Virus record (IMG/VR): IMGVR_UViG_3300021446_000131
Coordinates: 1 to 52,662 of that record
Length of the DNA: 52,662 bases
DNA from: a virus
Lineage: Duplodnaviria; Caudoviricetes
Direction: 5' to 3' (one strand)
In this document: positions 19,236 to 26,975 of the stretch, in pieces
Numbering within the stretch: position 1 is the stretch's first letter
Layout: the number at the start of each line of letters is the position of its first letter
Notes under the pieces: model-generated
Databases searched by the model: none
What the model saw: only the letters and a program-made list of their open reading frames with translations
What the model was told of the DNA's origin: nothing
Translations under genes and position numbers: made by a program

Positions 19236-21011
19236 GTGGACTTAGAACCAGACGTTTCTGACGACGGTGGCACAGATTACGAGGTGAGTGAGAACTATAT
19301 TGAGGACTTTGTAGGTTTCTGCCGTGCGAACCACATCGCTGACGAGGGGCAGGCTGTTGTGGCACACCTGACGTATTGCACGGGGCTGTTACCCGACTGG
19401 CACGATTACGTCGGTGCCATGATTACGGGCGGGTCGAGCAGTGGCAAATCCGACCTGAAGCGGGAGGTGCTTGACGCCTCGTTTGATTACTGTAGCGACC
19501 GCCTGTACCAGACGTCTGGTGCGTCCGACAAGGCCGTCATTGACGACGAGGAAATTGACGAGGCACGGGTGGGTGCACTGGACGAATATCAGAAAATCCC
19601 CGAAGAAATGGAAGAGATGTTCAAGTCCGTGGTCGAAGACGGGGGATTTACCTACGGTCGTAACGTGGCCGACAGCGACCGTGAGTCTGGTCGCAAGACG
19701 GTGAAGATTGACAGAGACCCGTTGCCCATCATCTTTCTGTTGGCCGACGAGAACAGCACTGAGGTAAGCCACGAGATGAAGACGCGTCTCATTAATGTGA
19801 AGGTGACGGAGTCGGCTGAGATAAACAGAGGTGTACATCGAAGCAAGTGGGGCCACCAAGGCTTGTCCATCGACGGCAGTGAGGCGTCGTACAACGTTGA
19901 CGACCCCGACCTTGAACACGCTGTCAAGTCACACGTTCGTGACGTGCCGCTTGACACGCCCGTGGTCATTCCCACGGGTGAGGAACGCTTCGATGGTGAC
20001 GACTGGGACGCGGCTTCCGTAACTGAACCGTTGTTCACGTTCGACCGTTCGGAGTCGACACGGGCCTCGACGGCACTACGGTCGTTGACGAAGGCGTCTG
20101 CACTCATGAACTATCATGAACGACCGCGTGTCACGCTCGATGGTGAGGAACACATCGTCGTGCAACCCCAGGACGTTGGCAACATAATCGCCTGCCGTCC
20201 TGTATTGTTGGCGACGACGCACGGCCTTGACAGCAAGAAGTTTGCTATCATCGACGCGATTCTTGAGCGCGGCGGACCAGTCGCTGGTAGTGAGACGGCC
20301 TTGCAGGCAACGAAAGACGACGTTATCAGCTACGTACAGGAGAGCACCGACATTGCCACCATGAGCAAGTCGGAGGTGAGAGAACTGTTGGGCGACCTGG
20401 ACGAAGAGTTGATACTGAACCGTCGTGACCACCCAGAAGACGCTCGGAAGAACATCTACGTGTACGACGGGACAGCCACGTTCAAACGTCCCGCAATTTA
20501 CGGGTATCAAGAGCAGTTTGGTGACGTCACCTCACCCATCACTGACGAGTCAATCGATACTGTTATAGACAGTCAACTGGAATCGTTGAACGCCAGTATG
20601 AATACCGACATGTCGTCTGTTGCCGCAGCAGACGCCATGAGCGGTAGCACGGACCTCTCAAGTGACTGGGACAGCGGCCTGTCAGAGGACGCCCAACGGG
20701 TCTGTGAGCGGCTACAGGAGACTGTCGACGGCTACACAGTGTTGGACCCAGACGAGTTGCAGGTCGAACATATGTGCGGCGTCACGCCCGTTGGATACGA
20801 CGATGGTGTCGTGTTCCCGTCACGTGAGGTGAAGCCGTTTGACAAGGCCGAGGGCTTCATGGAACCTGACAACTGGAACGAAGACGACTTCGAGGCCGTC
20901 AAGGAACGCGTCGTGTCTGCCGTCAGTGAACTACAGCAGGCCGACGTCGTTGACATGGACGAGCAGGATGATGGCAGCGTCCACATTACTGTGGACGATA
21001 CAGCGGCCTGA
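19236..21011 (+). CDS. AAA+ P-loop ATPase, putative replicative helicase (MCM-like) with a winged-helix region
   Basis: Walker A GGSSSGKS, Walker B GALDE, Arg-finger-like EMKTRL; TTTAAA box ~30 bp upstream. Confidence 0.7.
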   Translation: MDLEPDVSDDGGTDYEVSENYIEDFVGFCRANHIADEGQAVVAHLTYCTGLLPDWHDYVGAMITGGSSSGKSDLKREVLDASFDYCSDRLYQTSGASDKAVIDDEEIDEARVGALDEYQKIPEEMEEMFKSVVEDGGFTYGRNVADSDRESGRKTVKIDRDPLPIIFLLADENSTEVSHEMKTRLINVKVTESAEINRGVHRSKWGHQGLSIDGSEASYNVDDPDLEHAVKSHVRDVPLDTPVVIPTGEERFDGDDWDAASVTEPLFTFDRSESTRASTALRSLTKASALMNYHERPRVTLDGEEHIVVQPQDVGNIIACRPVLLATTHGLDSKKFAIIDAILERGGPVAGSETALQATKDDVISYVQESTDIATMSKSEVRELLGDLDEELILNRRDHPEDARKNIYVYDGTATFKRPAIYGYQEQFGDVTSPITDESIDTVIDSQLESLNASMNTDMSSVAAADAMSGSTDLSSDWDSGLSEDAQRVCERLQETVDGYTVLDPDELQVEHMCGVTPVGYDDGVVFPSREVKPFDKAEGFMEPDNWNEDDFEAVKERVVSAVSELQQADVVDMDEQDDGSVHITVDDTAA

Positions 21012-21558
21012 CGCGCATCAACGGCGCGACGCGCATCACTTGCTCTGAGAGGCAGCACGTTTGTTACGTTCAGAGTGGTAGACCCTTACCATGGACACAA
21101 ACGTCACACGAACCAATGTGAGACGCCTCAAAGGAAGCGGTATAACGAAACTCTTTTGTGTGCCACGCTCGTACTGCGGGGTGTGACGACATTTGGAACA
21201 AAAATAACGGAGTTGCAGCGAACAGTCGAGTTAGACAGTCAAGATGTCGAGCTACTGGACGACGTTCGTTTCACCTCGGCGTACGACATGCGTGAAGAGG
21301 ACAGTGTTCTGATTGCGAGAGAACACGATGATGTCGTGCATGTGACAGCACACTTCGACGTCGTGAAGTACGTCGGTGACAGCTACGCGACAGGAAGTGA
21401 GATAGCACTATGATGTGGCAACACCGCGTGCTTGTACGGTTGTTCATGGCGTCACTGTTTGCTGTGATGGCCGTACACGTGACGATGGTGGCAGTTGGCA
21501 ACGATTTTGTTGGCCTGGCAGCGGGTTGTGTGGGCTTTCTCGTTGGTGACCACCTGAT

Positions 21559-21920
21559 GTGGGGGGAGCTTGCGTGACGGACGCACTATCAGCAGCGGTA
21601 AGCGGCTTCGTCGGCGCAATATGTGCCATCGTTGTGATGTATGTGGCATTTACTGTCACGGGTAGCCTTGGCACGGCAGTGGTGAGTGCCATTGCCGTGA
21701 TAGTTGTGGCGCACATCATTGAGAAGGTGTTACCACGATGAACACCCCCATACGTGACGACGTCCACAAACTTGCGGTGCGTGCAATGGTTGTTGGGACT
21801 GTCGTGGCCTATGTCGTTATCATGGCCGTGTGGGCAACGGGCAGTGGCCTGCTGGCTGGCATTGCAGGCGGCATCATTGCCGTTGTCGCGGACCAAATGA
21901 CCTGGAGGCGGCTCAAATGA
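21559..21920 (+). CDS. Two tandem two-TM microproteins (21559..21741, 21738..21920)
   Basis: Both hydrophobic and share an (V/A)TGS turn; ATGA overlaps. Confidence 0.55.
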
Positions 21921-22588
21921 AATTGACATCAGACCACGACGAGTTGAACGACCGCCAGTGGCTTGCCGAACAGTACGAACGTGGCATGGACCAACGAGAC
22001 ATTGCCGACCGTCTCGACTGTGCCAATAACACAGTAATCAACTGGACGCTCTATCACGACTTGGGCCAACACCTGCCGTCACAGGTGTCACGTTCGAGGG
22101 ATGATTTGACACGCGAGTGGCTCCAGCAGGCCGTTGACGAGCATGGCTCCGTTCGTGCTGCAGCACTCAACTCCGAGCGACACTCCCTTGGCGTCTTGGA
22201 CGAGTGGGCCGTGCGATACGCCATCGAGTTGCCCGAGGACAGTGGCGAGGACAGCGGCATCTCGGGGCTGCCAGACGACGGTGAGTGGCCCGACCATGCG
22301 AAGACGGGACAACCGTGGCAAGATGAACGTCAACTGAGGCGAGCGTACGAGGACTATCTGTGGTCTCCCAGTGACATTGCGAAGTGGTGTGGCGTATCAC
22401 ACGGGCTGATACGGTCGGAGATGCGTCGCCACGACATCGAGTTGCGTGACCAGGGGACTGCCCAACGGCTTCGCCACTTGCGTGATAAGGGACACTCGCT
22501 CCCACATCGCAAGTCCGTGCTAAACGGGTTTGGCGAGGGGGACGCCAGTGACACGACAGTCGAGTGGACGCGGCTAACAGACGATTGA
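21917..22588 (+). CDS. Multi-HTH DNA-binding protein / regulator
   Basis: QRDIADRLDCANNTVINW and PSDIAKWCGVSHGLIRSEM HTH repeats. Confidence 0.75.
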   Translation: MKLTSDHDELNDRQWLAEQYERGMDQRDIADRLDCANNTVINWTLYHDLGQHLPSQVSRSRDDLTREWLQQAVDEHGSVRAAALNSERHSLGVLDEWAVRYAIELPEDSGEDSGISGLPDDGEWPDHAKTGQPWQDERQLRRAYEDYLWSPSDIAKWCGVSHGLIRSEMRRHDIELRDQGTAQRLRHLRDKGHSLPHRKSVLNGFGEGDASDTTVEWTRLTDD

Positions 22589-22662
22589 CACGTGGCACAC
22601 ACCTGACGCGCGACAAACACGTGAAGCGCAACACTTTCTGCGTTTACGCCAGTAAACCAGTC

Positions 22663-22749
22663 AGGCGCGACGATAGGTCGACTATTGGCAGAGCCAATAG
22701 CGAGCCTTCGACGGTTCGCCGTTACGAACCGCCAAGTCGCAAGCCTTTT
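22663..22749 (+). ncRNA. Candidate structured ncRNA (multibranch)
   Basis: Nested helices AGGC/GCCT, GCGAC/GTCGC, GTCGA/TCGAC, CTATTGGC/GCCAATAG, GGTTCG/CGAACC, then a T-tract. Confidence 0.45.
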
Positions 22750-22934
22750 CTGTGGCCGTCACGTAGGGTACACGATGGCAGACGATTCAGACTGTCCGCA
22801 TGAGAAACTTCTTGTGCCAAAAGTAGACGAGGACGGTAACGAGGTTGAAAAGTGTCTCGTGTGTGACCTGGAGCGGACGTGGGCGACAGACATGGAAAAT
22901 GACACGGTGTCTGAACAGTCCGTGCTACACGACA

Positions 22935-23424
22935 ATGAGTGAGACACTCGTTTTGCAGGTGCCAAAACAGTGGACGAGCATGCAAGTTCGTGAGGCAGAG
23001 GACGCTGTAGCGGAGGCAGTTGATGGAGACGTCTTTGTGGTTGCTGAGGGACTTGAAACGCTCTCAAAGTCTGAACTAACAGCCATGTTAGAGAACACCA
23101 TCGAGGCGCTACACGACAATGATTGACGAACACGAACTTGCCGAAGTAGCCTATTTCGGCGAAGATAGAAACGTGGAGGTCCGCGAAGGTGTGTCGTCGG
23201 AACGGGTTGTTGACGGCGAACTGCAAGAAATTGAGGGTGTCGAATACAAGTTTGGGACGCCGTGTAACGTCTCTGCCGTGTTCCAGGCGATTGAAGACCA
23301 CGAGGATACTGTCGTCTTGGAGGCGTCGTTGAACGATAGGGGCATGTTGTGCTGCTTTTGTCCATTCCCTAACAGCCGCTCAGGCAGCCTGTGGGACAGC
23401 CGTTCTGACAAAAAGCTGCCGTGA
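22935..23424 (+). CDS. Two hypothetical acidic proteins (22935..23126, 23119..23424)
   Basis: Overlapping operon-like ORFs. Confidence 0.55.
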
Positions 23425-23621
23425 CGGGTCACAGGATTCCCACGTGTCAGTCATGCGGCAAGCCGCTCGCTAATACCGTCTATGAGTGCCACTCATGTGG
23501 CGGAGAGGACGTCACTCACCTGTACGGCGAACTATCGAGTGTCGAGTCGACAACAGCGGGCGATGATGTCACGTACAGGGGCGGCGAGAGGAACGTGGCG
23601 TTTGGCGAACTTGTGAGATAA
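23421..23621 (+). CDS. Zn-ribbon microprotein
   Basis: CQSCG...CHSCG. Confidence 0.6.
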   Translation: MTGHRIPTCQSCGKPLANTVYECHSCGGEDVTHLYGELSSVESTTAGDDVTYRGGERNVAFGELVR

Positions 23622-23746
23622 TGGCATTTGATTGTCCAAACTGTGACGGTGGTGTTGTCTCACAAGAAAGTCTTGGGCAGTACGAGTGTAGCGGGTGCGG
23701 CACGGAGATTAGCACTCTGACATACTCATTGTAGTATCACGGTTGT

Positions 23747-23819
23747 GCCAGTAACGCCGTAATGGCACGGCACGCGCCTTGTAAGCGCGACTAAGAGAGT
23801 TCGATTCTCTCTACTGGCT
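23747..23819 (+). tRNA. trnT: tRNA-Thr(UGU)
   Basis: Cloverleaf: GCCAGTA/TACTGGC, GCCG/CGGC, CGCGC-CTTGTAA-GCGCG, GAGAG-TTCGATT-CTCTC; discriminator U; no encoded CCA. Confidence 0.9.
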
Positions 23820-24082
23820 TCTCGTTTCGTGTAACGAATCGTGAAGACGCGATGTAATCGCCAGTCTTACCACAACTCTTTTACGCGTCAGGCCCGTAAC
23901 GCCAGACATGGTGATGACACCGTGAGCACCGTTCGGTTTGACGACGTTGAGAAAGTGACTGTTAGAGACATGGGCAATGAGTACGAGGTTGTGGTTAAAC
24001 TCCCTGACGGTAAGTTTGTCATGTATGTCAATCCGCCAGACTACCTGCACGAGCAGTTGGTTGACATGGGAGAGATAGAGCC

Positions 24083-24817
24083 GTGAAAAAGATAGAACTA
24101 CCGATGGGGGAAGTTGCCTCCCGCTACAAAGATGGAGAGAACCCGAGGGAGATAGCCGAGGACTTTGACTGCTGTAGTGGTGTTGTAAGAAGCAGACTCA
24201 AAGAGAACGGCGTTGAGATGCGAGAAACTTACCACTACAAGAACGACCTGCCGATGAAAAAAGTTGCTTCGCGTTACAGGTCTGGCGAGAGCACGAATGA
24301 AATAGCTGAGGACTTCTCCTGTTCCCCTGAAACGGTTAGGAGAAGGTTGAACAACCATAGTGTAGACATGAGGGGGCCTGGGGGTAAGCCAGACCTGCCG
24401 AAAGAAGAGATTATAAGCAGACACGATGGTGGAGAAAGTCCAAGAGAGATAGCAGAAGACTTTTCATTTCACACTGCAACTATCAGACGCAGGCTTAAGG
24501 AGTGGGGGGTGGAGCCACGAAGTAGGGGATGGCACAACCGTGAAGAATATGCCAGTTTTCGTGTCCGCTTGGGTGCGTCAAAAAACTGGCACTGTAGGGT
24601 TAGTGGTGATGAAAGAAGAGTTTTTGCTGTACATAGACTTCTTGCTATAGCTAAGTATTGTACAGAGTCAGTCAAGGATAAGGTTGTTCATCACAAAAAC
24701 GAGGTTCCTTGGGATAACCTCTCTGAGAACATAGAACTAATGGACAAGGAAGAACACGTCAGCCACCACATGAAAGGTCATAGTTTCACCAAAGGTAGAA
24801 GGGGGTGCAACAGGTAA
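24083..24817 (+). CDS. HTH-repeat HNH homing endonuclease
   Basis: Three EIAEDF HTH repeats, then VHRLLAIA...VHHKNEVPWDN..EN. Confidence 0.9.
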   Translation: MKKIELPMGEVASRYKDGENPREIAEDFDCCSGVVRSRLKENGVEMRETYHYKNDLPMKKVASRYRSGESTNEIAEDFSCSPETVRRRLNNHSVDMRGPGGKPDLPKEEIISRHDGGESPREIAEDFSFHTATIRRRLKEWGVEPRSRGWHNREEYASFRVRLGASKNWHCRVSGDERRVFAVHRLLAIAKYCTESVKDKVVHHKNEVPWDNLSENIELMDKEEHVSHHMKGHSFTKGRRGCNR

Positions 24818-24935
24818 TGGTCGAGTATGTTTCTTGCCCACGCTGCTCTGGGACAATTTGCACGCAAGAATATATTAAAAAATATAGTCAGTGTCGGGCG
24901 TGCTATATGCCCCTCAACGTGAAGTTAGCACGACT

Positions 24936-25229
24936 ATGAGTAGCATCGCACTGACAGCGGCAGTAGCAGCCGTGGCGGCCCTCATTGGCGTGTGGAGCGG
25001 CAACAAGTTCGGACACGGCCATATATGGGACGACGGCACGGAAAGATACGAGATTATTCCGTACAGGATTGACAGCGACAAGCTGGGCGTTAATCGCAAG
25101 ACTGTGTACCGATGTCAGAAAGAGGGGTGCCCCGCAGAAGAAACGGACAAGAAACACGTCAAGGCTGTGGACAGAGACACGTTTGAAAGTGCGATAGACG
25201 ACATGGCCGCGTTCTCCTCACGTGACTGA
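24936..25229 (+). CDS. Membrane-anchored hypothetical protein
   Basis: N-terminal hydrophobic helix, H..W and CQKEGC. Confidence 0.6.
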   Translation: MSSIALTAAVAAVAALIGVWSGNKFGHGHIWDDGTERYEIIPYRIDSDKLGVNRKTVYRCQKEGCPAEETDKKHVKAVDRDTFESAIDDMAAFSSRD

Positions 25230-25231
25230 CA

Positions 25232-25324
25232 ATGAGATGGACGAATTTTTCACAGTGGCTTGACACGCTCGACGGGGATGAAGTGGCGGTCAATACGCTA
25301 CTGGAAAAGTTCGACTTTCCGTAA
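25232..25324 (+). pseudogene. Orphan 5' duplicate (30 aa) of the gene at 25964
   Basis: MRWTNFSQWLDTLDGDEVAVNTLLEKFDFP* aligns with WQRFERWLKTLEGGEVSVKWLLDDFPEFP. Confidence 0.7.
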
Positions 25325-25355
25325 ACCTTTTTAGTTCTTAACCCTTAATTAGACT

Positions 25356-25967
25356 ATGTCAACGGGTGGCGTTAGAATTGACCTTCCGAAAGAAGAGATT
25401 ATCAGAAGGTACAAGTCTGGGGATACGACTGCTGAAATAGCAGAGAGATTTGACTGTGGTTCTGAGGTTATTCGGACCAGACTTGAAGAGTGGGGAATTG
25501 AGAGAAGAAGCAAGGCAGAGATACAGAGCTATGATGTCGATAAGGACGAGGTTGTAGAAAAGTACAAGTCTGGCGAAACGTCGTATGAAATAGCCGACCA
25601 CTTTGACTGTTCTTATGTAACTGTCCTTCGGTGGTTGGAAGAGGAGGGGGTTGAGAGGCGCGATTCTCATGAGTATTTGACACAGGACATCCCGTACTTT
25701 CATACACATCGCCAAGGATATGAGAGGTGGGCTTCTGTTGAGGGCGGTAAGAAGAAATACCTTCCTGTCCACAGACTGCTTGCCATCTCTGAGTATGGAG
25801 TAGAAGCGGTGAAAGACAGCCATGTTCATCATAAGAATAACATTCCGTGGGACAATCGTATAGAGAACTTAAAGGTCATGGAACCGTCAGAACACCTGAG
25901 TATGCACAATATTGGAAATGAGCGTTGGAAAAACAGAGAAAGGGACGATAAAGGGAGGTTTACATGA
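25356..25967 (+). CDS. HTH-repeat HNH homing endonuclease
   Basis: Two HTH repeats; VHRLLAIS...VHHKNNIPWDNRIENL; C-terminal RDDKGRF. Confidence 0.9.
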   Translation: MSTGGVRIDLPKEEIIRRYKSGDTTAEIAERFDCGSEVIRTRLEEWGIERRSKAEIQSYDVDKDEVVEKYKSGETSYEIADHFDCSYVTVLRWLEEEGVERRDSHEYLTQDIPYFHTHRQGYERWASVEGGKKKYLPVHRLLAISEYGVEAVKDSHVHHKNNIPWDNRIENLKVMEPSEHLSMHNIGNERWKNRERDDKGRFT

Positions 25968-26371
25968 ACGCTGACGAGTGGCAGCGTTTTGAGCGGTGGC
26001 TTAAAACGCTTGAAGGCGGCGAGGTTAGTGTTAAATGGCTTTTAGACGACTTTCCTGAATTTCCTGAGAAGCGAATAAAGGGATACGTCAAGCCATCGGG
26101 CGAACCAACAGTCGCGGTGGGCCACCTGAAAGACGTGGCAGACCGATACGGCGATGAAGACGGTGACGGATATGGTGGCCCCAGCGAGGCGAGTGACCAC
26201 GGCGACAAAAAGCTGCAAATATCACACAACACGACTGTGCCACAGGGAAACAGGGAGTATGAGGGCAGCATGGTCATTGAGGCCGACGAGGACGAAGACA
26301 CGTTATACCAAACAGTCAGAGAGAAAGCCGAGGAGATTAACGCAATACATGGAAGTGACACCGCCGAGTAA
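25964..26371 (+). CDS. Hypothetical acidic protein
   Basis: ATGA overlap with the HNH gene. Confidence 0.65.
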   Translation: MNADEWQRFERWLKTLEGGEVSVKWLLDDFPEFPEKRIKGYVKPSGEPTVAVGHLKDVADRYGDEDGDGYGGPSEASDHGDKKLQISHNTTVPQGNREYEGSMVIEADEDEDTLYQTVREKAEEINAIHGSDTAE

Positions 26372-26396
26372 CAACCGACTGACGATAATCGGGTCG

Positions 26397-26615
26397 ATGA
26401 ACAACGAGGACTGGGAGCCAGACATTGCCATCGTCGGGGTCGATTTGGACGCGAGTGCCGCCACCGTCGACGTGCCTGCCGACCAGCTACCCGACCGTGA
26501 CGTGACGCGTTGCAGTGTCGTGTTCTCGTATCAAGGCGAGGTGTACAACGGGTACGTGCAAGAGGTAGAAAGTCGGTTCGACAAGCAGCGACTGGCACTA
26601 ATATTGAACGCGTAG
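26397..26615 (+). CDS. Hypothetical protein
   Basis: Acidic part of ORF 26154..26615 from MNNEDW. Confidence 0.55.
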   Translation: MNNEDWEPDIAIVGVDLDASAATVDVPADQLPDRDVTRCSVVFSYQGEVYNGYVQEVESRFDKQRLALILNA

Positions 26616-26627
26616 CAGACCCGTTCT

Positions 26628-26835
26628 ATTCTAACGGCCCTGAGAGGCGCCATGTGCCGTTTGGACAGCAGGACGGTGTGCACCACTCGTGTGCCAACAG
26701 AACCGCATGAGCGGCTTTTCAGTCCCGTTAGAATCGACAGGCGGTTGTAGCGCGTCAGTAGCGTGCAGCGTGCCAGGTTTCTGTGTGTGCCGACACGGGC
26801 TGGTAGCCCCACCGAGACGGCGGTTCGATACGATT
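26628..26835 (+). ncRNA. Candidate structured ncRNA upstream of polB
   Basis: 107-nt rod closed by ATTCTAACGG/CCGTTAGAAT with G-U pairs on the + strand, followed by four short hairpins. Confidence 0.45.
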
Positions 26836-26975
26836 CTGACACTCGACAGACGTGTGACGTGAAGCGCCTGCTTACGCACTCACTTGCCAGGTGCTGATTC
26901 ACCGTCACGTGACTGTCACCAGCAAGCGCTTGGACACCAACACACTTTTCTGTGTCAGTGTCGTAGTGTTCTGTA

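Noticed and set aside
26780-26840. Second tRNA (GGTTCGAT T-loop-like sequence)
   Set aside because: No T-stem or acceptor stem can be formed
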